Position numbers and translations under genes: made by a program. Of a stretch of 64,000 nucleotides of DNA, positions 17,274 to 28,276 are shown in pieces (within the stretch, counting starts at the first letter, position 1; each line of letters begins with the position of its first letter). The stretch lies in IMG/VR virus record IMGVR_UViG_3300021957_000018; one strand, written 5' to 3'. This DNA is from an uncultured virus (IMG/VR IMGVR_UViG_3300021957_000018) (lineage: Duplodnaviria > Heunggongvirae > Uroviricota > Caudoviricetes). The notes below the pieces were generated by a model. That model was not told the DNA's origin. It ran no database searches and saw only the letters and a list, made by a program, of their open reading frames with translations.

Positions 17274-20200
17274 TACTTTTTATTTTTTAAATTCATAACT
17301 AAATCTTTTAATTCATCGATTTGTTTTTGTTGCTCTTTTACTGCTTCGATTAGTAATGCAGTTAACTTATCGTACTTTACTGCCTTATATCCCGACTCTC
17401 TGGTTGTTACTAATTCTGGGAGTACTTTTTCTACTTCTTGTGCAACAACTCCTATATCCTTAGTATTTTCAGGGTATACTGTTTGTTTATTATTCCAAGT
17501 AAACTCGTATCCAGAAAGTTGTTTAACCTTCTCTGTTGCATTACCTATTGTGACTAAATTATCTTTATATCTTCTGTCAGAAGAAGCATATGCTATCACA
17601 TCTCCTTCAAATCTACCGTTACCAGCACTATCTATACCGGCTACATTGTTAGTATTATTTCTAAAGACAAATCCTCTATTAGTACCACTTGTCATTTTAA
17701 AGTACATGTTATAATCAGATGAGGTCTCACCATTTACTCTACCTCCGTAGGTTGAATTACCTGCACTAGACATGTATATCATGTAGTTAGTACTGTCCCA
17801 GAATCTTAAACTATTACCGTCTCCTGATGCTATTCGTACACCGCTATTAGCAGCGTCAAGCCTTAAATACCTAGTATCGTGATTATGAGTAGAAGATGCT
17901 GCTCCTAATTCTGCTAATGTAGGTTTATGTCCTTCATGGTATAGTCTTCTCCAGGTAGTATAGGTACCATTTGAACTAGAGCTACCACCTTGATAAGTTC
18001 TACTCCAGATATCTTCGTTGTAGTACGATGCTGCTATTTGAAATCCGTGAGAGTTACCAGTATTACTATGTCTACAGTTAATCATATTATACCAAGTACC
18101 TGTAGTAGGTGCGTTGGATCCGTTATACTGTTCAAAAAACCCGGATGCATTGCTCCTTGAATTAAAGTCAGTTGTGGATGTGACTTTATTACCTCCTGAA
18201 CCGAATACTATTCTAGAAGAATCTATTCCATCTACTGTATCAGCGTTGGTAGCTGATGATGCATTTCCTGTTACATTACCTGTTAAGTTTCCTGTTACAT
18301 TACCTGTTAAGTTTCCTGTTACATTACCTGTTACACTACCTGTCAATGGACCTACTAGTGATGTTGCTGCTAATGTACCTGTTACGGATAATCCTTCTGT
18401 TATTTCTACTCTACCGTCAAATGAAGATGTACCATTTGCGTTTACATCAAATACCGGTACTCCGGATATATCAGAGACTGCAAATAAAGTACCTGTTAGA
18501 TCATCTGTAACGGAAAATAGTTGACCCTGTGAACCCTGTATATCTAATACTGTTGAACCGGAAGAGTAAATCTGCACTACACCTAGTCCATCGGTACCGG
18601 GAGCATTTTTAAGTTCCATAAGAGGTATATCACTACTTTGTACACCGTCCCCCACTATAAACTTCATACCAAAGTATCCACTCTGGTTTGGTACTATCAT
18701 ACCAAACTTTTCGAGACCTAGTCCTACACTTAAATTACCATCAGCATATACGTTATCAACTCCAACAAATTCTATATCTATTAATGGTGGATTACTATTA
18801 CTGTCAAATAGACTAGATGCCGGACCTCCTATGCTTAACTTAGTACTACTACTATCGTATTTAATTCCAGCCCATACATTATAATCCCAACTTGCACTGG
18901 TGCCAAATCTTAGTCCCTTTGTTAATCTCTGTATAACTATATCTCCTGATGATACAGAAGTAATGTTGGCGCCACCACTGTGAAACCTAATACCGTTGTT
19001 ATCTCCATTGGTTAACCTAAGGTCGCCGGTCATTGTACCTCCTGATTTAAGTAAGTATCCACTTAAATCCTGATCTCCTGTGTTTGTTCCTGAGTTTGTT
19101 CCGGTTATGTCACTGGTTAATGCTATAGTACCAGTTGCTAGAGGAAGTGTCCAAGCATAATTACTATTCCCAGTAGTTGGGAAGTTTAAAGTTCCTGCTC
19201 CTGTAGCACCAGTAAATACACGAAGTCTATTATTTGATGAATCTACTTCTATAAGATCAAAATTTGATGATTGAGATGTTACTATACCGTTAGGGTTTAG
19301 TGAGGCTGCTGATTGATTTGGTGAAGTTCCTGTTCCAGTTCTTACAATAGCAGTTCCTATTAAGTTACCAGAAAACGTATCTGCTGCATTGCTCCTTAAA
19401 AATGCTGATGAATCTATACCATCTAATAACATTGCATTAGAAGCTGTAGTTGCAGTAGTTGCAGTAGTAGCTGTGGCCGGTACAAAACTACTTATGTATG
19501 CTTTTGTACTTTGTTGTGTCGGTACTCTTGTAGCAGAATTACTTGCAAAGTTATCTTCATCTATTGCAGCATATATTTGATGTTGACCTCTGAAGTGGTT
19601 TGTTTTTCCTCTAATTGGCCAATATTCTTTTATTCTACTGTCTACATATGAAGAACTGTAACTTTCCGCCGCATAAGAGGTTCCATCGCCAGCTGTAAAT
19701 GTTGTTGAACCAACGTGTATACCGTTGCCACTTGCGCCACTTGTTTTGTTATCATATATTTTAACAGTTGCTCCTGCTCCCTGTGGTGTCGACACTCTAT
19801 ATCTAGCACCTCCAGTTCCACCACCTCTTAGCCAAACAACCATTCCTTCAGTTACAGGTAATATTAGTCCATTACATAGGTTAGAGTATACTTCGTCAAA
19901 CTGTATTACTCTCCACTCTTTATCGTTTCCTCCCCAAGCTGTATCACTCCCGTGTTCCCATGTTAAACTTAGAGCACCTTGATGTGTTGATGTATTCCAA
20001 GATGCTGGAGCAGTCCAGTTGTACCTTCTTGATATATGGTATTTTTGATAACCATAATGACTAGTCGCACCGCTTACTGTTACTGGGTAATATTTATCAT
20101 CATCTCCGTAGATGTAAATCTCTACATAGTGTTGAGATAGTACATTTTTTACTGTTCCAGATGCTTGTAGTACTCCGGAAAAATTCTTTGTGTTTGCAAT

Positions 20201-23200
20201 TGTTTGATCACCGGATGTATATACTCCGTTTGTTACTGTTGCAGCGTTTCCTGTTGTATTTTGATTCCAAGTAGGTATAGTACCAAAATTAGCATAATCT
20301 AAATAATGTGACCCTTCTTGTCCATCTAATTTGTTTGAGTCTGCTGCTGTAACTATCTGAATATCTGGGTTTTTTACCCAGATTGAATTTGTACTGTTGC
20401 CAGCCCAGTTTAAGACAAGAAAACTAATATACCCATCAGATGTAATTGTTACATCTTTTTCATGTGTAACCCAATCTGTAGAAATTGTAGCGTTTTCATG
20501 CCAACTTGTAATTTCGGAATCATCTTCTTGAACAAATTCAGAACTATCGCCTGCATCATGAGAGACATGAGTTTTCCCATTAGGTAAGTCTCCATCGTGT
20601 TTTTGTAGTCTTAAATATAAACCATCAGTTCCCGCTACATCTCCTTTTACAGTTACAGTTACTCTAATAGTCATGCCATCCTTAACCCGCATCGCTTTAT
20701 AAACAGCACCTATGGTACTATCAGTACTACTTTTTATTCTTAAAGCGTCTTCTGTTCTATCCCATGTTAATGAGCTATCATCAGCATTACTAAAACCTGG
20801 AACCCATCCTCTTAGTGCTGCTAAAGTTTCATTAAGAGTTACATTTTGAGCGTTTATTTCAGTTTCAGTATAGTACCTATCATCGTGATTATGTGCACTT
20901 GATGCGAAGTCAGAAGCATGATTGCCATCCAATAAATCTGCATCTAATCCTGATCCTGCACCATCTATTGCTTTTAATCTTTCTAATGTGTAATTAGGGT
21001 TATCTGCTCCTAAATGAGCATACATGTGAGAAATATTATCAGTGTAATCTTTTGGGTTCCAACCCATTTTTATATGATCACCTCCACCGCCTTCACCGTA
21101 AATTAAATCTATTCTGTGCCAACCTTGTGTAAATGTGTATGAATAACTAGAGTTTGAACAACATGCTTTTACTCCTTTGACATATGCTCCATTAATAAAT
21201 ATAGCGTGTGAATCATCTCCCGTAAAGTCAGTAATAGTAACAGAAAATGGTTCCGTAACATGTATGTTTGTTGTAATAAGAGTATGGTAACTAGTAAGAT
21301 TACCAAATATATTTCCATATGTACTTCCTCCAAATCCACCTTCGGATCCAACGTTATCAATTGTATTTACATACCCTTCATCTTGCTCAGTTGCTGTTTC
21401 ATCAATAAACGAGGTTTTATATAGTGCCTCCCAGTTTGCTTGTGTGTCTGTAGCAGGTGTTACGTTATCTGCGTATCTTACCCAATACCACTCCCATTCG
21501 TGTAAGGACGTTACCTTTCCGGTAAAAGAATCTGCTGATATTTCTCCGTCTATATTTACCGACCCTGTAAAGTCGTGAGTGTCATCTGAAGTATCTCCAA
21601 ATTTGGTTGAACCTGAATCGTACATTATAGAAGCACTTACAAATTCTGTATGGAATTCCCGTGCTGTTAAGCTCCCTTCGACTACTATGTCCCCGCTAAA
21701 CGTTCCGCCATTTGCTTTAGATACAAAGTCTGTAGGTAGCGTTTGATTTCCTGTTAATGTAACTCCGTTTGCTACTATATTGTTGGTAAAGGTAGCTCCT
21801 GCTGCTGCTATTTTACCTGTAGTTTTAAATGTAGTAGCAGTTGCTGAATTATAATTAGTTGTTGGGTTTTTTGTAAAGAAAGAGGTGCTTGTGGTTAGGT
21901 TTATACCCCAGTCCCCGACCCAATCTATATTAGTAGCATATCCTTCTTGCCCGCTCACTTTAGCTACATGAACAGTTCCGTAGTTCCAAGTTGAAGTCAC
22001 CTCTCCAATTGCTATTACTCTTCTGTTATTAGTCCCGTCGTTTCTCCATCCAAAATAAACAGATTTATTACTTGTACCTAATACTGTCACACCAACATTG
22101 TGCCACATAGTAGAAGAAGTGTTGCTATCTCCTCCGGAGTTCCAATTATGTCCCCCAATTATAAGCTTAGTTGCATTTTCACTACTATACTCATAGATGT
22201 CAATCTCCATGTACATCATGTCATAGTTAGCAAGTGTACCTGGTAGGTCAATAACTACTTGCCCTGTTGTCGTGTTATTTGCTACTCCCCATTGAGCATT
22301 GCTGCCGGGATATACCACTTTCGGGTATGTTGCAGGACCTATTCCTAAGTTACCAACTATTACTGTTTTATCCGTAGCGGCGTCACCTAGTGTTACGTTT
22401 CCTGAAAAAGATGATGCAAGTCCTCCTGATTGAGTGAAAGCACCGTCTACTATGGTAGTACTATTAAAATAACTTGTGCCGTTATTATAAAAATCATAAC
22501 TAGCATGAACACCTGTGCTTTTTACAGCAAATTTACCTGTAACATTACCTGATGCCATATTTACATTATTTGCAAATGATGCATTTAAATTAGGGGAAAT
22601 TGTAAATGGTACAGCTTCAGAATTATAAGGAGAACTATGAGCAGTTCCTCTATATATCTTAAATGTGTTACCTTCGTTAGAGCCTCTAGAAGATATGCTC
22701 CAAAAAACATCATTCCAACTTGTTGCAGTACCGGCAGTATCTCTACCAAAAAGTAAGTCTGCAGGTACATCACCTCTTGTATCTATTCTAACAGTTCCTC
22801 TATTACTTAAGCCGGTTACATCTCCAATTCTTACTCTACTATTAAATCTAGCATCACCTGCAAAAGTTGCGTTACCTGCAAAAGATGCGTTTTGTGAAGT
22901 GTCTAAGTGTAGTGCTCTAGTACCACCTGACCATATATTTGTGTCTTGGTTATTATATATATTAAATGATTGTGCTGCTCCTCCAGTTTGTGTTCTAGTC
23001 GAACTATTTCTCCATATTTCTGCTCCTCCAACGTCACTTTGAATTCTTAAAGAAGTATATGCACCATTACCGGCATTACTATTTTTATGAGTAATAAACC
23101 CACCGCTATTGACATCAGTATCAAAAGTTGCAGCGCCGTTTATATCTAGACTAGTTGCTTCTAGTTCGCCAGCTACTGTTACGGCTCCAGATGTAGTTAT

Positions 23201-23704
23201 ATAATTATCTTCGTGTATTAAAAACCTACTACTTTCTGTTCCAGCTGATAGAGACTTTATTTCAAATCTTTGTTTACCAGCAAAGTTTTTAGTTTCCATT
23301 AATATACCATGCGTGCCATCATCATGTAACATTTTAATAGTAGAATCTAATTGCCCAGTGTCGCCAGAGTTTCCACTATCACCTCGTAATATTAGAGTTG
23401 CTGCTGCTGCTGCTGTTACTGTTAAACTATCACCTACGCTTGCTGTTCCTGTGGCAGAAAATGTACCTTCTATATCTACACTATCAGAGTCAACTCTAAA
23501 GACTCTATTCCCACCTGAATAAAGTGATATGTTCTCACCATTAACACCATGTGTTCTAAAGTAGTGCTCGGTGCCAGTACCTTTTGTACTGTTAATAGTT
23601 AAAGCTCGTATAGATTCGTAATCTCCAATGAGTGTTAGAGATCCGGTTACTTCAGAAGAGGCAAGGGATTTATATCCCTTCCTTATTATAAATTCATTTG
23701 CCAT
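17273..23704 (-). CDS. Long tail fibre with C-terminal intramolecular chaperone (peptidase S74)
   Basis: 2143 aa, Gly/Thr/Ser-rich, with LDADLLDG fibre motifs. C-terminal SSDRRYKDNL...GVVAQEVEKVLPELV...LLIEAVKEQQ followed by a coiled coil. Confidence 0.88.
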   Translation of the reverse strand: MANEFIIRKGYKSLASSEVTGSLTLIGDYESIRALTINSTKGTGTEHYFRTHGVNGENISLYSGGNRVFRVDSDSVDIEGTFSATGTASVGDSLTVTAAAAATLILRGDSGNSGDTGQLDSTIKMLHDDGTHGILMETKNFAGKQRFEIKSLSAGTESSRFLIHEDNYITTSGAVTVAGELEATSLDINGAATFDTDVNSGGFITHKNSNAGNGAYTSLRIQSDVGGAEIWRNSSTRTQTGGAAQSFNIYNNQDTNIWSGGTRALHLDTSQNASFAGNATFAGDARFNSRVRIGDVTGLSNRGTVRIDTRGDVPADLLFGRDTAGTATSWNDVFWSISSRGSNEGNTFKIYRGTAHSSPYNSEAVPFTISPNLNASFANNVNMASGNVTGKFAVKSTGVHASYDFYNNGTSYFNSTTIVDGAFTQSGGLASSFSGNVTLGDAATDKTVIVGNLGIGPATYPKVVYPGSNAQWGVANNTTTGQVVIDLPGTLANYDMMYMEIDIYEYSSENATKLIIGGHNWNSGGDSNTSSTMWHNVGVTVLGTSNKSVYFGWRNDGTNNRRVIAIGEVTSTWNYGTVHVAKVSGQEGYATNIDWVGDWGINLTTSTSFFTKNPTTNYNSATATTFKTTGKIAAAGATFTNNIVANGVTLTGNQTLPTDFVSKANGGTFSGDIVVEGSLTAREFHTEFVSASIMYDSGSTKFGDTSDDTHDFTGSVNIDGEISADSFTGKVTSLHEWEWYWVRYADNVTPATDTQANWEALYKTSFIDETATEQDEGYVNTIDNVGSEGGFGGSTYGNIFGNLTSYHTLITTNIHVTEPFSVTITDFTGDDSHAIFINGAYVKGVKACCSNSSYSYTFTQGWHRIDLIYGEGGGGDHIKMGWNPKDYTDNISHMYAHLGADNPNYTLERLKAIDGAGSGLDADLLDGNHASDFASSAHNHDDRYYTETEINAQNVTLNETLAALRGWVPGFSNADDSSLTWDRTEDALRIKSSTDSTIGAVYKAMRVKDGMTIRVTVTVKGDVAGTDGLYLRLQKHDGDLPNGKTHVSHDAGDSSEFVQEDDSEITSWHENATISTDWVTHEKDVTITSDGYISFLVLNWAGNSTNSIWVKNPDIQIVTAADSNKLDGQEGSHYLDYANFGTIPTWNQNTTGNAATVTNGVYTSGDQTIANTKNFSGVLQASGTVKNVLSQHYVEIYIYGDDDKYYPVTVSGATSHYGYQKYHISRRYNWTAPASWNTSTHQGALSLTWEHGSDTAWGGNDKEWRVIQFDEVYSNLCNGLILPVTEGMVVWLRGGGTGGARYRVSTPQGAGATVKIYDNKTSGASGNGIHVGSTTFTAGDGTSYAAESYSSSYVDSRIKEYWPIRGKTNHFRGQHQIYAAIDEDNFASNSATRVPTQQSTKAYISSFVPATATTATTATTASNAMLLDGIDSSAFLRSNAADTFSGNLIGTAIVRTGTGTSPNQSAASLNPNGIVTSQSSNFDLIEVDSSNNRLRVFTGATGAGTLNFPTTGNSNYAWTLPLATGTIALTSDITGTNSGTNTGDQDLSGYLLKSGGTMTGDLRLTNGDNNGIRFHSGGANITSVSSGDIVIQRLTKGLRFGTSASWDYNVWAGIKYDSSSTKLSIGGPASSLFDSNSNPPLIDIEFVGVDNVYADGNLSVGLGLEKFGMIVPNQSGYFGMKFIVGDGVQSSDIPLMELKNAPGTDGLGVVQIYSSGSTVLDIQGSQGQLFSVTDDLTGTLFAVSDISGVPVFDVNANGTSSFDGRVEITEGLSVTGTLAATSLVGPLTGSVTGNVTGNLTGNVTGNLTGNVTGNASSATNADTVDGIDSSRIVFGSGGNKVTSTTDFNSRSNASGFFEQYNGSNAPTTGTWYNMINCRHSNTGNSHGFQIAASYYNEDIWSRTYQGGSSSSNGTYTTWRRLYHEGHKPTLAELGAASSTHNHDTRYLRLDAANSGVRIASGDGNSLRFWDSTNYMIYMSSAGNSTYGGRVNGETSSDYNMYFKMTSGTNRGFVFRNNTNNVAGIDSAGNGRFEGDVIAYASSDRRYKDNLVTIGNATEKVKQLSGYEFTWNNKQTVYPENTKDIGVVAQEVEKVLPELVTTRESGYKAVKYDKLTALLIEAVKEQQKQIDELKDLVMNLKNKK
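18264..18333. repeat. In-frame 24-bp tandem repeat (GNVTGNLT), about 2.9 exact copies
   Basis: tttcctgttacattacctgttaag at 18264 and 18288, partial copy at 18312. Confidence 0.9.
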
Positions 23705-23765
23705 ATTGTTGTTCTTTTTTCACTGTCCAAAAGACGCTCTTTAATAAATAGTACTCCTATCTATA

Positions 23766-23939
23766 TTATGTTTTTACTACTTTAAATTCTCTACCTGTAT
23801 GCTGTTCCTGTAACTCTACTATTCTTGCTGTTGCTGCTTTTTTAGTAGTGAACTGCTCTACAGTATCTTCTGCTGTTAGTTTTTCAACCCATACAGTACT
23901 AGATGTGAGATTAAATTGTTTTAATATTTTCCAAGCCAT
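23766..23939 (-). CDS. Small hypothetical protein (57 aa)
   Basis: Below the ORF-track cutoff. MAWKILKQFNLTSSTVWVEKL...FKVVKT, starting 2 nt after the upstream stop and filling the gap. Confidence 0.7.
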   Translation of the reverse strand: MAWKILKQFNLTSSTVWVEKLTAEDTVEQFTTKKAATARIVELQEQHTGREFKVVKT

Positions 23940-23941
23940 AA

Positions 23942-26900
23942 TTATAGTGTTCTTATTAATGTTTTAATTATCCAATCGTCTGTTGTTGTTGTAGCTCTAA
24001 GTCTCATACTTCCTCCTGATATATCTACACTAAGTACTGCTCCTGATGTGTCTCCTATATCTGTAGTGGAGTTATCTGTAAATTCTATTGATCCACCTAC
24101 CGAGATTGCCATAACAGTTCCTACCCTAGCATTTGATCCACTTACGCATGTATAGTCGAAGAATGCTCCTGTGTATTCACCGGTATTTACTGTAGCTATT
24201 GTTTCTGCTGCAGAAGAATCTACATCTATATTTTCTTGATAAGTTATGTTGGCAGACTTAATTTTTAAATCGCCATCTATAGATACTTCTCCATCTGCTT
24301 CAACTGCAAATATCGGTACACCCGATATATCTGAGACTGCAAAAAGTGTTCCTGTTAGGTCATCTGTTATAGAAAACAACTGTCCTTGTGATCCTTGTAC
24401 ATCTAAAACTGTAGAACCAGACCCATAAACTTCTAGTTTACTGCTTGGAGTAGTTGTTCCAATACCAACGTTACCTAACTGCGTAAGTATCATGGTTGTT
24501 TCATCAACAGATGTTGAACTTCTGGTGCTTCTTAAGAAAGCTAGATTAGAACCAAAAGGCTCGTTTTGTGCGGTAGCAGGTGCTGTAACCATAGCTATAT
24601 CCCACTTGTATATATCTTCGTTATTAACTGCTGTCTGACTAGTTTTGAAAGTTAAAGCAGATCTTTTAGTACCTACGGCTTGAGAACTAACAGCATTCCA
24701 ACCTAATGTTATATCATAATTACTACCATCATCTAATCCACCAACTTGCAAGGCTGTGCCAGGACTAGTAGTCCCGATCCCTATATCACCTCCGTTAAAA
24801 TATGAATCCCCGTTTGACGTTATAAAAACATCAGTATTGTTGTTCCCATCAATTAAAGATAACTCTCCACTACTATTAGCAGATAACGATATCTTAGCCT
24901 TTGCAACGCTGTTAGAGTTTGAGAAATGAACTACATCTACGTTTGCAGTAACGTCTGCTTGAACTTCTAGCTTAGCACTTGGATTAGTCGTTCCAATCCC
25001 GACGTTACCTGTGTTTGCAACTGTCATTCTAATATCATTAACAGTTCTAAAATGTAGAACACCAGCTGCATTTGTAGCTGTTATATAATTACCACCAGCC
25101 CTTAACATATCTATATCAGAAGAACTAGAAGTTCCAACACTAAGCCTTCCCTGGATAGCCCCAGTGCCTGTTGCTCTAAAAGTCCCGTTTACATCCAACT
25201 TATAAGAAGGGCTAGTCGTTCCGATTCCTACGTTACCTGCATTGGTTACATTGAATGATTTACCTCCCCCTGCTGTTGCTACTTGTAGGGCAAAGTATTG
25301 ATTTGAAGAACCGCCGGTTTCTATAAGTGTTCCTTCTATATTAGTAAAGGTTAGCCCACTACTACTTGGTTTATGATGAAAGTTAGCTTGTGGAGAAGTT
25401 GTCCCTATACCAACGTTACCTGTTTCATTTCCAAAAAATAATACATTTGAATTAGTAGTGTCCTCTATTTTAAATCCTACAGTTTCTTCTGCTGAAAGTC
25501 TAACAACTAGATTAGCGTTATCTGTATCTTCTAATACTATTACTTGTGCATTAGGTCCTTTGATATGAAGCTGACCTGCAGCACCTGCTACATCTCCTGA
25601 AGAACCGATCATTAAATTACCTTGTATCTTTCCTTCTCCTACAACGTGTAATTTTTGACCAGGACTAGTAGTTCCGATACCTACGTTGCCATTATCAAGA
25701 AGAATCTTAGAGTTTGTAGAATCAATAGTAATGTTTGTTCCATTTTCAACTCCTTCTCCATCTCCTAATTCTAGTAGTTTTGCATAAAATGTTCCTTGTC
25801 CATTACCATCTAAAGATAAATTAAAATTATCAGGATTGCCTCCGTCATTATCATCTGCTACGTTAAGCGAAATTTCATCTAACCCATCTCCAGCAGTTAA
25901 GCTTCCAATACCGTTACCTATAAAATTTAACGAACCACTTATATTAACTGCACCTTTTGTATTTAGACTACCTGTAAAATCATGATTATCATCTGATGTG
26001 TCTCCAAATTTAGTTGAACCAGATTCGTATAATATAGATGCAGAAACAAACTCTGTATGAAATTCTTGTGCTGTTACTGTACCTGTTACTGTTAAGTCCC
26101 CGTCAATAGATGCATTTCCTGTATGTGATCCATCCCATTCTGCTGTTATTCCTGTTATGTTACTACCGTCGCCGTGAAAATTGTCTGCATATACATTAGC
26201 CCATCTGTTAGCGTCTGTACCTAAACTATATGTTGAATCTGCACCTACTCTAACATTTGTAGAGAATATCGAATTGCTAGGATTAATGAGTAATTTTGTT
26301 GATGCTGCGTGTACTCCACCGACTCCTATTTGTATAGATGCGGCGGCGTCTGTGCTTGAATTTGTTAAGTATACAGACCCTCTATTACCAATCATACCGT
26401 ACCCGCTAACTGATATGTTATCTGTTGCAGGTGACCCGTTAGTTGTTGCTACTGATGAAACAGCTAGCTCTTTTGTAGCTTTAAATTTTCCTGTGATAAA
26501 ACTAGTAGTTCCATCTCCACTGAATCTAGCAAATTCAGTTTTTGCGTTTGTATGGTACAAGTAGAAAGTACCATTATTGGCACTGTCGTTATTTATCCAT
26601 GTCTTCCAGCTTTCCCATGCAGAAACCAGATGCGTACTAGCACCACCAAATGTAATATGGTCTTCATTATCTGACCATATATTTAATTTTGATCTAAACG
26701 TTGTAGAAGTTGCAGTACTTTCATTTAAACTATAATCTCCTCTTCTATGTGGGTATATAGATATTGAACCGTCTCCTATTACTAAGTCATCATTAGCATA
26801 TTCTCCGTTGTTGATAGCTCCGTCAGTAAAGGAACCTATTCTTAACTGCTGACCTGCTGTCGGCATGAGAATATCCCCTGTAAAAGTTGCGTTTCCTGAG

Positions 26901-28273
26901 GTGTCTATGCGTAAGCGTTCTGTTCCCGCAACTTTAAATAATTGGTTACCTCCATAAGTATCCAGGTAATCGTATCCCAGTATTGTATAATTAGTAGCAT
27001 CGTATTGTGCAGTTATGCTATCAGAAGATACTAAATTTCTATTTGAGTAACTAGTTGTCCTTTCTAAGCTGTATGTTGGTATCGTACCTGTTGTAGTTAG
27101 AGCACTGTATTGATAGTAACTATCACCCTCTGTATCTCCTAAGTACTCAATCGATACATTTAAATTTTTATTAGCTAATCCTGTAGGTACAGCAACTGCT
27201 ATTTTAAATGTATAGCTGGTTGATTCGTACCATAGAACTTTCCACCCATCTTGAGCGTTACCGTGACCTCCTCCTTTGAATGCTGGTACTAATTCATACC
27301 ATCCATCTTCAGCTTGGTTAAAGCCTCCTTGAAACATATAAACAGCAGTTCCTGAGTTTGCAGAAGTTTTTGACTGTACTGTGATTCTTAATGCAACATT
27401 TCCTTCTGTAGCTCTCCAAGAGCCTAACTCTCTATATGTACCAGCATTAACTGCTGCAAGGTACTTCCAATTCTTTGAAGAGGTTCTATCAGTTGCGTTA
27501 TATATGTATTCATCAGCTTTAACATTCCCGCCGGTTACTTCAAGTTTTTGACTAGGACTAGTATTCCCGATACCTACTTTACCGTCTCTGGTTATTCTTA
27601 GTAAGGAAGTAGTGTACCTTGTAAAATCATAAGCAGGCTTATTTGCTATAGTTTCAAACTCAGAATTATTATCTTCTCTTACGCTAAAGATCATTCCAGG
27701 GACTGTAGAAGTATTAGGTTGTCCTGTAATAAATTGGAGTGGTGGTTGTCCTGTGCTTGTTGTTCTTGAGCCAATTGTTGGTGCTTTGCCGCTTGATGTA
27801 TTATTACCTAGTGCTATTTGACCATTAGCTAACCCGGCTAGATTAAATGAAGTCTCACTAGGTTGAACTACAAATGTAGCACTAGGCCCGGCAGTACCGA
27901 TTCCTACGTTGCCTTGATTTGTAAAATAAGCGTTTCTACTTGTACCGTCTAATGTTAAGAATGTTTCTAATCCATTAACTGTTTGCTGCTTTAATTTTGT
28001 AGCAGTAGCGTATCCTGATGCTGTTTGATTTCTTATCTCTAAATCACCTGAGTTATTTCTTATTGTACCTGCTATATATAAAACACCTGTGAGAGGGTAA
28101 CTTGTTCCAGCTGAAAGTGGTAAGTAAGGGCCTCCAATTACTGTAGAGGCATTTACCCAGTCTATACCTGTACCGGTTGAAATAAGTATTTGGTTATTAG
28201 ATCCTGAGTTTCCGTCGCCATCTAATAAGCCAGCTTCAATTTGTAAGTCAGTATTTATCTTTTTAATTGCCAT
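23942..28273 (-). CDS. Tail fibre protein with GNVGIGTTSP repeats
   Basis: 1443 aa with many GNVGIGT repeats. Shares modules with the neighbouring fibre genes. Confidence 0.8.
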   Translation of the reverse strand: MAIKKINTDLQIEAGLLDGDGNSGSNNQILISTGTGIDWVNASTVIGGPYLPLSAGTSYPLTGVLYIAGTIRNNSGDLEIRNQTASGYATATKLKQQTVNGLETFLTLDGTSRNAYFTNQGNVGIGTAGPSATFVVQPSETSFNLAGLANGQIALGNNTSSGKAPTIGSRTTSTGQPPLQFITGQPNTSTVPGMIFSVREDNNSEFETIANKPAYDFTRYTTSLLRITRDGKVGIGNTSPSQKLEVTGGNVKADEYIYNATDRTSSKNWKYLAAVNAGTYRELGSWRATEGNVALRITVQSKTSANSGTAVYMFQGGFNQAEDGWYELVPAFKGGGHGNAQDGWKVLWYESTSYTFKIAVAVPTGLANKNLNVSIEYLGDTEGDSYYQYSALTTTGTIPTYSLERTTSYSNRNLVSSDSITAQYDATNYTILGYDYLDTYGGNQLFKVAGTERLRIDTSGNATFTGDILMPTAGQQLRIGSFTDGAINNGEYANDDLVIGDGSISIYPHRRGDYSLNESTATSTTFRSKLNIWSDNEDHITFGGASTHLVSAWESWKTWINNDSANNGTFYLYHTNAKTEFARFSGDGTTSFITGKFKATKELAVSSVATTNGSPATDNISVSGYGMIGNRGSVYLTNSSTDAAASIQIGVGGVHAASTKLLINPSNSIFSTNVRVGADSTYSLGTDANRWANVYADNFHGDGSNITGITAEWDGSHTGNASIDGDLTVTGTVTAQEFHTEFVSASILYESGSTKFGDTSDDNHDFTGSLNTKGAVNISGSLNFIGNGIGSLTAGDGLDEISLNVADDNDGGNPDNFNLSLDGNGQGTFYAKLLELGDGEGVENGTNITIDSTNSKILLDNGNVGIGTTSPGQKLHVVGEGKIQGNLMIGSSGDVAGAAGQLHIKGPNAQVIVLEDTDNANLVVRLSAEETVGFKIEDTTNSNVLFFGNETGNVGIGTTSPQANFHHKPSSSGLTFTNIEGTLIETGGSSNQYFALQVATAGGGKSFNVTNAGNVGIGTTSPSYKLDVNGTFRATGTGAIQGRLSVGTSSSSDIDMLRAGGNYITATNAAGVLHFRTVNDIRMTVANTGNVGIGTTNPSAKLEVQADVTANVDVVHFSNSNSVAKAKISLSANSSGELSLIDGNNNTDVFITSNGDSYFNGGDIGIGTTSPGTALQVGGLDDGSNYDITLGWNAVSSQAVGTKRSALTFKTSQTAVNNEDIYKWDIAMVTAPATAQNEPFGSNLAFLRSTRSSTSVDETTMILTQLGNVGIGTTTPSSKLEVYGSGSTVLDVQGSQGQLFSITDDLTGTLFAVSDISGVPIFAVEADGEVSIDGDLKIKSANITYQENIDVDSSAAETIATVNTGEYTGAFFDYTCVSGSNARVGTVMAISVGGSIEFTDNSTTDIGDTSGAVLSVDISGGSMRLRATTTTDDWIIKTLIRTL

Positions 28274-28276
28274 ATC

